A stretch of DNA of 64,000 nucleotides, taken from an uncultured Syntrophomonadaceae bacterium (GTDB lineage Bacteria; Bacillota; Dethiobacteria; DTU022). Under the pieces are notes generated by a model. The model was not told the origin of the DNA and searched no databases. It saw nothing but the letters and a program-made list of their open reading frames with translations. The position numbers and the translations under genes were made by a program. This document shows, in pieces, positions 29,305-38,316 of this stretch (position 1 is its first letter; each line of letters opens with the position of its first letter). The DNA is taken from assembly GCA_964585925.1 (NCBI GenBank), contig CAZPFS010000002.1, forward strand, positions 30,590 to 94,589, given 5' to 3'.

Positions 29305-29664
29305 TTGAAAATTGCGATCACCACTGAACAAAATTTTGTAGCCCAGCATTTTGGTCACTGTCCCGAATATACCCTGATCGAAATTGAAGGTGATAAAATT
29401 GTTTCCCGGGAAGTAATCCCCAACCCCGGTCACCAGCCCGGCTTCCTGCCCGGCTACCTGGCTCAGCGCGGCGTGTCCTGCATAATTGCCGGGGGCATGG
29501 GTCAGAGAGCCATCGAGCTGTTCACCGAACAGAACATCAAGGTAATTGTGGGCATTGGCGGTCCTGTGGATCAGGCCGTGGAAGATTACCTTTCAGGAAA
29601 GCTGAAATCAAAGGAAAGCCTCTGTGACCACGATCTTCGGCCCGGTGATCAAGGCTGTCACTGA
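29305..29664 (+). CDS. second NifX/NifB-type cofactor-binding domain protein with Cys/His-rich tail
   Basis: KIAITTEQNFVAQHFGHCPEYTLIE...GVSCIIAGGMGQRA core. C-terminal tail SLCDHDLRPGDQGCH. TTG start 8 nt after an AAAGGAGG RBS. Confidence 0.65.
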   Translation: MKIAITTEQNFVAQHFGHCPEYTLIEIEGDKIVSREVIPNPGHQPGFLPGYLAQRGVSCIIAGGMGQRAIELFTEQNIKVIVGIGGPVDQAVEDYLSGKLKSKESLCDHDLRPGDQGCH

Positions 29665-29713
29665 TAACGATGGGAATCAAATACACGGCGCCCCTGGAAA
29701 GAAGAGACTATAA

Positions 29714-30577
29714 ATGATCATCAGTGTGATCAGCGGAAAAGGCGGCACGGGTAAAACCTTTGTGGCCACCAATCTGGTTCAGGCCATGGATCCGGGGAAA
29801 AGGATCCGGTTTTTGGACTGCGATGTGGAGGAACCCAATGCTCATCTGTTTTTAAAACCGGATCTTACAGGCAGCCAACCGGTAACCATACCCGTGCCGG
29901 AAATAGACCGGGAAAAATGTACCTTGTGTGGTCTGTGCGCCGAGGTTTGCGCTTTCAATGCGCTTTTGGTGGGCAAAGACCGGGTGTTGGTATTTGAGCA
30001 GCTATGCCACGGTTGCGGTGGCTGCAGTTATTTTTGTCCGGAAAAGGCCATTGTTGAAATCGACCGGCCGATCGGTGTGCTGGAAACCGGGTGCACCGGT
30101 GAAATTCAATTTGTTCAGGGCAGACTTGAACCGGGCGAGGCGCTTTCACCGCCTTTGATCAAGGCGGTGAAAAGCAAAGTAGGCTCCGAGGGCCTGACGG
30201 TGATCGATGCCCCGCCTGGAAACTCCTGTTCGGCGGTGGAAACGGTCAAGGGCAGCGATTACTGTGTTCTGGTTACCGAGCCGACCCCGTTCGGCCTGCA
30301 CGATCTGAAGCTGGCGGTGGAACTGACCAGGATAATGGGCATTCCGGCCGGAGTGGTGATCAACCGTTACCTGGAAAACAGCGGCAACCTGACCATCGAA
30401 CAGTACTGCCAGCAGGAAGGGCTGCCGGTTCTGTTAAAGATACCTTTCGACAGGGAGCTGGCCTCCTGCTATGCCCGCGGCGAGTTGGCGGCAAACAATT
30501 TTGCTCACTGGCGGCAGGTATTTGCCGATCTGGGAAAACGGGTTACCGGAAACGGGGAGGTTGGCGAACATGCATGA
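29714..30577 (+). CDS. MinD/CooC-superfamily P-loop ATPase with inserted 2x[4Fe-4S] ferredoxin domain
   Basis: Deviant Walker A SGKGGTGKT. Inserted CTLCGLCAEVC and CHGCGGCSYFCP motifs. 287 aa. Confidence 0.75.
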   Translation: MIISVISGKGGTGKTFVATNLVQAMDPGKRIRFLDCDVEEPNAHLFLKPDLTGSQPVTIPVPEIDREKCTLCGLCAEVCAFNALLVGKDRVLVFEQLCHGCGGCSYFCPEKAIVEIDRPIGVLETGCTGEIQFVQGRLEPGEALSPPLIKAVKSKVGSEGLTVIDAPPGNSCSAVETVKGSDYCVLVTEPTPFGLHDLKLAVELTRIMGIPAGVVINRYLENSGNLTIEQYCQQEGLPVLLKIPFDRELASCYARGELAANNFAHWRQVFADLGKRVTGNGEVGEHA

Positions 30578-31433
30578 GCTGGTAGTGATCAGCGGCAAAG
30601 GGGGAACAGGCAAAACAACCCTTACCGCCTGTTTCGCGGCTCTGGCCGGGGGAAACGCAGTGCTGGTGGATGCCGATGTGGACGCTCCCAATCTGAGCCT
30701 GGTTACCAAACCGCAGCAACTTGAAAGTTTTGAGTTCCGGGCCTCAAAAATAGCCGATATTAAACTGCAGAAGTGCAGCGCCTGCGGCTTATGCCTTGAA
30801 CTATGCCGTTTTGATGCTATTTCAGATCACTACCTTGTTGATCCCATCGGCTGCGAGGGCTGTGGTGTCTGCAGCCGTGCCTGCCCTGAAAAGGCCATCA
30901 CCATGGAAGAAGTTCTTTCCGGGCAATGGTTTATCTCTCAAACCTCCTATGGCAAACTGGTGCATGCCCGTCTGGGGGTGGCTGAAGAAAATTCCGGCAA
31001 AATGGTCACCGCGATCCGGGAAAGAGCAAAACAAATAGCGGCTGAGGAGAATAAACGATACCTGATTATCGATGGGCCGCCGGGTATCGGCTGCCCGGTG
31101 ATTGCCTCCCTGGGCGGAACCGATGCGGCGCTGCTGGTAACCGAACCCACCTTATCCGGAATCCACGATCTGGAGCGAATCGTATCGGTCTGCCGCCATT
31201 TCAAGATACCGGCTTCGGTATGCATTAATCGCTCCGATCTGTCCTTGGAAAATACCCGGGCCATCGAAAAATACTGCCGGCGGGAATCGATCCCCATGGC
31301 GGCTAAAATACCCTTTGACCGGTCATTTGTGGAAGCCTCCGCCCAGGGAGTACCTGTGGTTGAATATACGGACGGACCGGTTTACAAAAGCATCAAACAG
31401 CTCTGGGAAAATATGATTTCAATGCTCAATTGA
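30570..31433 (+). CDS. second MinD/CooC-superfamily ATPase with inserted 2x[4Fe-4S] ferredoxin domain
   Basis: SGKGGTGKTT Walker A. CSACGLCLELC and CEGCGVCSRACP motifs. The start overlaps the upstream paralogue by 8 nt. Confidence 0.75.
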   Translation: MHELVVISGKGGTGKTTLTACFAALAGGNAVLVDADVDAPNLSLVTKPQQLESFEFRASKIADIKLQKCSACGLCLELCRFDAISDHYLVDPIGCEGCGVCSRACPEKAITMEEVLSGQWFISQTSYGKLVHARLGVAEENSGKMVTAIRERAKQIAAEENKRYLIIDGPPGIGCPVIASLGGTDAALLVTEPTLSGIHDLERIVSVCRHFKIPASVCINRSDLSLENTRAIEKYCRRESIPMAAKIPFDRSFVEASAQGVPVVEYTDGPVYKSIKQLWENMISMLN

Positions 31434-31465
31434 AACAGATGCAGATTGAACGGGAGGCAAGGGGT

Positions 31466-31843
31466 ATGTACACTGAAAAACTGATCGAACACTTCAAGCA
31501 GCCCAGAAATGTGGGGGAGATTCCCGATGCAGACGGCATCGGAACAATCGGTGATCCCTCTTGCGGTGATTTCCTGCGTGTGTTTATCAAGGTTTCGGAG
31601 GGAAGGATAAGTGAATTCAAATTTAAGGTTTACGGCTGCCCCGCGGCCATCGCCACCACCAGTATTCTGAGCGAAATAGTTTTGGGAAAAACCCTGGACG
31701 AGGCGATCCGGATCACCGATCTGGATATAGCTGAAGCCCTGGGAGGCCTGCCGGATCCAAAAATGCACTGTTCCAACCTGGGGGCGGAAGGGCTCTTTTA
31801 CGCGGTGATGGATTACCGGTCACGCCACGATTCGGCCCGGTAG
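31466..31843 (+). CDS. IscU/NifU-type Fe-S cluster assembly scaffold
   Basis: MYTEKLIEHFKQPRNVG start. Three scaffold cysteines (GDPSCGD, YGCPAA, MHCSNL). Start chosen at the internal ATG matching the IscU N-terminus. Confidence 0.8.
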   Translation: MYTEKLIEHFKQPRNVGEIPDADGIGTIGDPSCGDFLRVFIKVSEGRISEFKFKVYGCPAAIATTSILSEIVLGKTLDEAIRITDLDIAEALGGLPDPKMHCSNLGAEGLFYAVMDYRSRHDSAR

Positions 31844-31941
31844 GGAAGAGGGCATTAACTTGCTTTCCCGATTAAAAGGCGGGGGGCGGGACCAAAACCG
31901 CGGACACAGGAGCCGGATCAAGGCCGGCGATGCGGTTGAAA

Positions 31942-32928
31942 TTATGGATCAGAGGCCGCCTCCATGTTGATCACTTCCGGCAAGGATATCGATTGAACTC
32001 CTTCCGGCACAGCCAGGGTTATCCTTTTCTCAAGTGGATCCACCCTGATTACCCGACCGGTAACGCAGTGGCCGCCAGACCTGCCCGATACGGTTAACAT
32101 GACCATTGAACCCTGCTCCAGGGATTGGTTTACCAGGACCTCAAAGCTCTCCCATTTCAAGGCAGAGCAGGCGGTATCCCTCCCGTTTCCGGGCGGCCCG
32201 GTGATGCCGGTGCAGTTGTTCCCGGTGTTCCGGCAGGATGAGCCGGCTGCAGGCAAACTGATTGGCGGTTTTTTTGCTCATGCTTCATGACCTCCGATCA
32301 TTTTGATTCGGTTAAACAATGGCTTCCCGGACCAAGGGAGCTGGCCCGGAACAGGCTGGCCGATCCGAACTCATCCCGGATACTGTCCACGGCCAGGGTC
32401 AAGGCGGCAGCCTTATCCCGGCGATCAAACAGGGACAGTTCTCCTTATCGCTGACCAGGCCGGCAAGCCTCACTCCCGCCACCCTCAGCGGCAGGCGATC
32501 CCAATGGGGTTCAAAAAGATTCATTACCTGGGGGCAAACCTCTCCCCGGCAGTAAACGCTTACCACTGTATCCACTCTTTCCAGGGCGCGGGCCCTGCGG
32601 CAGACCTCTTCGGCTTGATCTTTTCCATTTTCCAGTAATCCCGGTGCAGGATCATCGATTGCCCCGCTCCCCTTAAACAGTTGGAACCGGAGGAAACAGG
32701 CGAGCAATCAATGCCGTGGGCATTGAGCCACAGGATCTCCCCGTTGATGCCCCAGCGGCGGGTTAATATATCTTTGGGTATTTTAGCCTGAAGGGGATTT
32801 TCCCCGATCCCGATCCGGCAGCGGATATTTATCTCCTGCCGCACCCGGTCGATGATCTGCCGCGAGGTCTGAAAAGGTGAGCCAAACAAATTTTGGCAGC
32901 CGGTGATATCCAAAAATTGTTCATCCAA
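31942..32928 (-). pseudogene. Y-family DNA polymerase (DinB/Pol IV-like) remnant, 5'-truncated and frameshifted
   Basis: Three minus-strand ORF pieces in two frames. The piece at 32560-32928 reads LDITGCQNLFGSP...RCRIGIGENPLQAKIPKD, matching the Pol IV thumb region from about residue 100. The piece at 32399-32707 is in another frame. The piece at 31942-32256 returns to the first frame and is little-finger-like. An in-frame TGA lies 9 nt upstream of the first piece, so the palm N-terminus is absent. Confidence 0.6.
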
Positions 32929-33085
32929 ATTATATCACAGCCCTTCCCCGGCACAAAAACATGGAAACGGCATAATATGTTACATATACTGTTTCAGCAA
33001 GAATACGCACCGAGAAGTATAGATGGATTTGCTGTGGATTATCCCTAATTTAGTCCACATATTAAAAAGGTAAGGAGATTAAAAA

Positions 33086-33844
33086 ATGCCGGACATAATT
33101 GAGGAGCTGATCCCGGCCGGACGGCGCAACCGTCCCGGGAACAGTCTGATTGCAAAATATATTACCATTCACGATACGGGAAACAGCAGTCCCGGCGCCG
33201 ATGCCCGGAACCATTCTCACTGGGTGCGCACCAACCCGGATCCCGATTTTTTATCCAGTTGGCATTACACAGTTGATGATCAAATAATCATTCAGCAGTT
33301 GCCCCTGTCGGAACACGGTTGGCATGCCGGCGATGGCACAAACGGAACGGGAAACCGCCAGAGCATCGGCATAGAGATCTGCGAGAACAGCGACGGGAAC
33401 CGGGAATTGGCCGAAAAAAACGCCGCCTGGCTATGTGCCAGGTTGATTAAAGGGGTATCCACGCTGCTGGACTACCCCGATTGCATGAGGCAACACTATC
33501 ACTGGACCGGCAAAGATTGCCCCCGGGTGATCCGGGGAAGAGCAGGAGGGTGGGACGATTTTTTGGGCCAAATACAGGGTTTGCTGAAGGCTGCGGAAGC
33601 GGTGCTCAAAAGGGCTATTGTTCTTGGCAGCTATGTGGATTTCGTACTGGCCGAACCCCTGGCCCGGCATCTGGATGCACCGATATTTCTGAGGGAGGCT
33701 CTGGGAGAACTAAAAGCGGAGGAGGTTTATATTGCCGGAGGAGGAACTGCAGGAATCAGCGGCAACCGAATTATAGATCTGAGCGGAGCCAACCGTTTTG
33801 AGACCGCCCAGAATATCTATAAGCTGTTGAGAGCAGGCAGATAA
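33086..33844 (+). CDS. N-acetylmuramoyl-L-alanine amidase (Amidase_2/PGRP type) with CWB2-like C-terminal repeat
   Basis: HWHYTVDD, GWHAGDG and SIGIEICEN motifs of the amidase_2 zinc amidases. The C-terminus LSGANRFETAQNIYKLL resembles a single cell-wall-binding-2 repeat. No signal peptide. Confidence 0.7.
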   Translation: MPDIIEELIPAGRRNRPGNSLIAKYITIHDTGNSSPGADARNHSHWVRTNPDPDFLSSWHYTVDDQIIIQQLPLSEHGWHAGDGTNGTGNRQSIGIEICENSDGNRELAEKNAAWLCARLIKGVSTLLDYPDCMRQHYHWTGKDCPRVIRGRAGGWDDFLGQIQGLLKAAEAVLKRAIVLGSYVDFVLAEPLARHLDAPIFLREALGELKAEEVYIAGGGTAGISGNRIIDLSGANRFETAQNIYKLLRAGR

Positions 33845-33962
33845 AGGGGGCTCACAGCGATTCTCTCGGTTCGCTGTTTTTACCGGTCCGGAGGGAGCCT
33901 TATTTTAAGCGGGGGCGAGTCTGAAGTGGCAGACTTGCTCCCCTTTCTCAAAAAGCCTGATC

Positions 33963-34223
33963 TCAGCCCAGTCTCCTCCGCAGTTCTTCTAAAACCAGTT
34001 CCGGGCTTTTGCCATCGGCATTGATCACCACGGCTTCAGTGGAAATATCCTGCATGCCCATCATATTCTGATCCACCCCCGACAGGATCACCGCCCGGTA
34101 ATCGTTCATTTCCAGTGGGCTTATTTCCAAATTGTGCTCCAGGTTTATTACCTCAAAACCCTCGCGGTTCAAAATCTGCTTCACCGGGGTAAGAGAGTCG
34201 CTTACCGCTATTTTTTTGTTCAT
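33963..34223 (-). CDS. UPF0180/YkuS-family small protein
   Basis: MNKKIAVSDSLTPVKQILNREGFEVINL... resembles B. subtilis YkuS. 86 aa. Confidence 0.55.
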   Translation of the reverse strand: MNKKIAVSDSLTPVKQILNREGFEVINLEHNLEISPLEMNDYRAVILSGVDQNMMGMQDISTEAVVINADGKSPELVLEELRRRLG

Positions 34224-34393
34224 GCGGTTTATTCCTCCCTAAATGTTGATACAATTATTATTACCGGTTTTTGAATATAAACCCGGTGGTCTAGCTTTTA
34301 TTGTAAAAATAGTAACTGGCGGTGATTTTCCTCATAACTCTGATATAATCGTGAACAGTAAATTTGTTTTAAAATCTGCAAAGAAGGTGAAGC

Positions 34394-34876
34394 ATGATAT
34401 TTACTGTTATTTTATATGTTTTGACCGCCTGTTTACTCTTGCTGTCATGGGCAAAAGACAGAAAAAGGACAGAGACGGCTTTAAAAAAGGCCTGGAAATC
34501 ATTTGAAAATATACTGCCCCAGTTGCTTTCAATCCTGGTGATTATCGGTATCATGCTGGCCCTGCTGACCCCCCAGTCCATCTCGAAGCTGATTGGCCAA
34601 CAATCGGGGTGGGTGGGTATGGCGGTGGCCTCTATAATCGGCTCGATCACTTTGATCCCCGGATTCGTGGCGTTTCCACTGGCCTCGGCACTGCTGAAAA
34701 GCGGGGCGGGATTCATGCAGATTGCGGTTTTTGTATCCACGCTGATGATGGTGGGATTTGTGACCCTGCCAATGGAAATCAAATATTTCGGTAAAAAGGC
34801 TTCCATTGCCCGAAATCTCCTGGCATTTATCTTCTCTTATGTGGTAGCCCTGGTGGTGGGGGTGGTTCTGGGATGA
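34394..34876 (+). CDS. permease half (COG0701-type predicted permease), subunit 1
   Basis: Four hydrophobic helices. The stop overlaps the start of the second half. Confidence 0.55.
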   Translation: MIFTVILYVLTACLLLLSWAKDRKRTETALKKAWKSFENILPQLLSILVIIGIMLALLTPQSISKLIGQQSGWVGMAVASIIGSITLIPGFVAFPLASALLKSGAGFMQIAVFVSTLMMVGFVTLPMEIKYFGKKASIARNLLAFIFSYVVALVVGVVLG

Positions 34877-35409
34877 AGGCGCTGCTCAGAAGATACATTT
34901 TATTTGTCATGTTGGTCCTGATCAATATGATTCTTCTCTTAATCTATCCGGCTCTGGGTCAAAAATCTTTTGAGATCACCGGAAAGAATGCCCTGGAAAT
35001 GCTCTCCATATTGCCTCCCATATTTGTCCTTCTCGGCCTTCTGGATGTCTGGGTGGAGCGCGAAACCATGATCAGGCTGATGGGGGAGAAATCCGGATTT
35101 CTGGGGGTAGTTGTCGCTTTCTTCCTGGGCTCGGCCGCGGCGGGGCCGCTCTATGCGGCTTTTCCCGTAGCCGGGGTTCTTTTGCGCAAGGGCAGCAAGT
35201 TATCCAATGTATTTATTTTGATCGGATCCTGGTCGACGGTGAAGATCCCCATGCTCTTATTTGAAACCTCATCTATGGGCTGGCAATTTACCCTGACCAG
35301 GTTTCTGATCAACCTGCCCGGCATTGCTTTGATTGCCTACGTGACCGAAAAACTTTTAAATGATCGGGAGAAGGAGCATATCTACGATCAGGCCTCCGCC
35401 TTGAAATGA
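34873..35409 (+). CDS. permease half (COG0701-type), subunit 2
   Basis: Homologous repeat of the preceding gene with ATGA overlap, consistent with a split two-gene permease. Confidence 0.55.
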   Translation: MKALLRRYILFVMLVLINMILLLIYPALGQKSFEITGKNALEMLSILPPIFVLLGLLDVWVERETMIRLMGEKSGFLGVVVAFFLGSAAAGPLYAAFPVAGVLLRKGSKLSNVFILIGSWSTVKIPMLLFETSSMGWQFTLTRFLINLPGIALIAYVTEKLLNDREKEHIYDQASALK

Positions 35410-35418
35410 TATTTTAAC

Positions 35419-35889
35419 CTATTTATTCTGTTCGAAAATAGGCACGAACTCGGCATACCCCTCCTTTTCCAGATCGTCCCGAGGGATGAATCGCAGGGCG
35501 GCCGAGTTGATGCAGTACCTGGTTTTCTCAGGACCCGGGCCATCGTAGAAAAGATGTCCCAGGTGAGAATCGGCATCTCTGCTTCTGATCTCGACGCGTC
35601 TCAGACCATGGCTGTGATCCGTTTTTTCCCTGATTCTTTCCTTATCAAGGGGCCGGATAAAGCTGGGCCACCCGCAACCCGAATCGTACTTGTCGCGGGA
35701 GGTGAAGAGGGGCTCTCCGGAGACAACATCCACATAGAGCCCCTCCTCATGGTTATCCCAGTAATCATTGTTGAAAGGAGGTTCGGTGGCATTTTCCCGG
35801 GTTACGCGGTATTGCAATTCGGTCAGTTTCTGTTTTGGTCCTTTGTAGCCCTGCCCCCGATCCCGACCCTGATCGGGACTCCGGTTCAT
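35419..35889 (-). CDS. msrB: peptide-methionine (R)-S-oxide reductase
   Basis: [11 protein letters not shown] active-site motif and a CxxC...CxxC zinc site. Confidence 0.9.
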   Translation of the reverse strand: MNRSPDQGRDRGQGYKGPKQKLTELQYRVTRENATEPPFNNDYWDNHEEGLYVDVVSGEPLFTSRDKYDSGCGWPSFIRPLDKERIREKTDHSHGLRRVEIRSRDADSHLGHLFYDGPGPEKTRYCINSAALRFIPRDDLEKEGYAEFVPIFEQNK

Positions 35890-35890
35890 C

Positions 35891-36415
35891 TTATTCCCCC
35901 CAGTGCTCTGTAATAAAAGTGTCCCGGCCGGAACCTTGGCGGTAGCGGAGATAGTGCTCCGGATTCTTAAGATGGTAGTCCTGATGATATTCTTCCGCCG
36001 GGTAGAAGGGACCGGCGGGCAGAACTTTTGTCACCACCGGTTTTTTAAAACGACCTTCTTCATTTAAAGCCTGAAGCGATCTCAGGGCTTCTTCTTTTTG
36101 GCGAGGAGTGTGGTAAAAGATGGCGCTCCGGTAAGATCCTCCCCGATCAAAAAACTGCCCTCCGGGATCGGTAGGATCAATCTGACGCCAGTAAATATTA
36201 AGCAGTTCACCATACGATATAATTTCAGGATCATAGGTTACCTGGATCGCTTCCAGGTGTCCGGTGCGGTGAGAGCAGACCTCCTCATAAGTGGGGTTTT
36301 CCTTTTGCCCCCCTGTATAGCCCGAAAGAACCCTTATCACCCCCGGCAGATTTACAAAGGGGCCCACCAGGCACCAGAAACATCCCCCGGCAAAGGTGGC
36401 CATTTCACTTTCCAC
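35891..36415 (-). CDS. msrA: peptide-methionine (S)-S-oxide reductase
   Basis: [10 protein letters not shown] active-site motif. 174 aa. Adjacent to msrB. Confidence 0.9.
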   Translation of the reverse strand: MESEMATFAGGCFWCLVGPFVNLPGVIRVLSGYTGGQKENPTYEEVCSHRTGHLEAIQVTYDPEIISYGELLNIYWRQIDPTDPGGQFFDRGGSYRSAIFYHTPRQKEEALRSLQALNEEGRFKKPVVTKVLPAGPFYPAEEYHQDYHLKNPEHYLRYRQGSGRDTFITEHWGE

Positions 36416-36695
36416 TTTAGATGTTACCCCTTTCTAACCCTAATCTTATAACCTTCTTTTCTCCTGGAGGCGATGGGGCTAGTTTTTCCTGCCGGCACCG
36501 GGATATACATTGAAATCAAGCATCTTTGGGCTTACACAGATCAAATTGCAAGGTATTGGAAAAGGATTTTGAGATCATTAGCAAGAATTTAAAATCTAGG
36601 AATATGGCACCTGATTTTCAGAAGCTGCATCGTCCCGGAATCTGGAAGCCGATTCTTATATTCAGCATGTTTCATATTTTAAAGGAGGAACCGGT

Positions 36696-37652
36696 ATGCC
36701 TTTTGTGCCTGTAAAGTGCACTTCCTGCGGCGGGGATATTCAACTGGATGATCAGAAGGAACATGGCTTCTGTGTTTATTGCGGGACCAAAGTAATTTTC
36801 CAGGAAGCAGTGCAAAAGATGAAATTGGAGCTATCGGGAAGCATTTCCGTTGACGGTATCGCCACCCTTGATAGAATGTATCAAAGAGTTGAAACGTTAT
36901 TAAAGCTGGACGATCATTATTCAGCAGAACGAACCCTGCTTGAAATCACTAAAAACTACCCGGAAGAATACCGCGCCTGGTGGATGTTGGCGAAGCTATT
37001 CGCCGAAAACAAAATGTTGGGGATAGTGGATTACCATATAAAAGATATAGTGGATGATAAGTGGTGCGACGTTAATTCCTGTTTTACCATAAAAAGGAAT
37101 ATCATAGAAGGAGACATAATCGAGCCCCTTACAAACTATGTGGGAAAGGCGATCCGGGTGGCCCCGGAAGATAAGGTGGAGGGATTAAAAAAAGATTGCC
37201 GGCAACTGATCGAATCTATTGGCGATGCCCTTGAAAAAAAACGGAAGGCCCATAAAGAGAAACTGTCAGAAGAAATTGCAAGTTATCAAACCGCGGGAAA
37301 AGAAGGAAGAAGCAAGGAAATAAAAGCCAAATTCACTTCCCAATGGCATAAATTGATAACAGTATTGTTAATCGCGCTTATTGCATTTTTATTTCTGCTT
37401 GTACCGGCGGTTTTAAACCAAATTCATCCGGTGGGGATTTTGGTGGGCATTGCTATTATGGTGATTGTGGCCAAGATAGTAAAAGATAAATGGAGTAAAC
37501 TGCTAGACAGGGATCACGCCAGGGAAATGGAACTGTTTCGGGAAGTAGCCGGTTCAACTCACTCGAAGTTCATGAATAGAAAAGAATTGGAAACAGCGGA
37601 CAGGTTATATAATTTTTGTATAGATAGCCTGCACAAACATTTTAAAACCTGA
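36696..37652 (+). CDS. hypothetical zinc-ribbon / helical-repeat / C-terminal two-TM protein
   Basis: N-terminal CTSCGG...CVYCGT zinc ribbon. TPR-like AWWMLAKLF segment. Lysine-rich coiled region. Two TM helices near the C-terminus. The gene and its flanks look AT-rich by eye. Confidence 0.5.
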   Translation: MPFVPVKCTSCGGDIQLDDQKEHGFCVYCGTKVIFQEAVQKMKLELSGSISVDGIATLDRMYQRVETLLKLDDHYSAERTLLEITKNYPEEYRAWWMLAKLFAENKMLGIVDYHIKDIVDDKWCDVNSCFTIKRNIIEGDIIEPLTNYVGKAIRVAPEDKVEGLKKDCRQLIESIGDALEKKRKAHKEKLSEEIASYQTAGKEGRSKEIKAKFTSQWHKLITVLLIALIAFLFLLVPAVLNQIHPVGILVGIAIMVIVAKIVKDKWSKLLDRDHAREMELFREVAGSTHSKFMNRKELETADRLYNFCIDSLHKHFKT

Positions 37653-38103
37653 TACGGCCGGATCGGGCGCGCTCTTCTTATTTTTGTTGTAGTAAAGCCC
37701 TTTTATCCGTGCTAAAATTAGTCTATTCTGCGCAGGATTATTTCTTCGTGCATGGTTACCTCTTCAAACCGCTCTAAGACCAACTTCTGGAATTTTTGTC
37801 GCCCATATTATTTCACCCCTTTATTCTTTCTCGTTCACCCGCAACGCCCTCTCAACTTGTTTTTTCTTTACAAAGATGGGAAAATGACCTTAGCGATCTA
37901 GCGAAGGAGGCTGTGGCCGAAGTTGTCACACATACAGAACATGAATTGCAGCGGCACGTATTCCCTGATGGTTCTGCTATTGTTACCAGCCCCGGTGGCT
38001 GGGATATTGAAGGTAAAGAACCCTGGTCGTGGGATGGTGAATATTGAAATATATACAAAACGGAAATAAGGTTAAGCTCCGGCCTTAAGCGGTCGGGGCC
38101 TTT

Positions 38104-38316
38104 TTACGGCCAGTCGATGCAGCTTTCTTCGTTGTCCGGCCGGCAGCGCAAGATTCGCCGGGCCGCCTTGATGGTCCCGCGGAGCACGCCGTACTTCTCC
38201 ACGGCCAGGACCGCGTAGTCCGAGCAGGTGGGATAAAACCGGCACTGGCCGGGCCGGATCCACCGGGATAAAAATCGCTGGTAAAAACGGATCAGGAAAA
38301 CCACGCTATACCTCAT
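38104..38316 (-). CDS. yidD: membrane protein insertion efficiency factor YidD
   Basis: [17 protein letters not shown]...[11 protein letters not shown] matches the YidD signature. Start taken at the internal ATG, giving 70 aa. Not next to rnpA or yidC here. Confidence 0.75.
   Translation of the reverse strand: MRYSVVFLIRFYQRFLSRWIRPGQCRFYPTCSDYAVLAVEKYGVLRGTIKAARRILRCRPDNEESCIDWP

Noticed and set aside
32303-32638. 111-aa + strand ORF
   Set aside because: It is antisense to the polymerase remnant and has no motif.
37796-38047. 83-aa + strand ORF
   Set aside because: It has no RBS and no motif, and it lies in an AT-rich spacer. It is mentioned only as doubtful.
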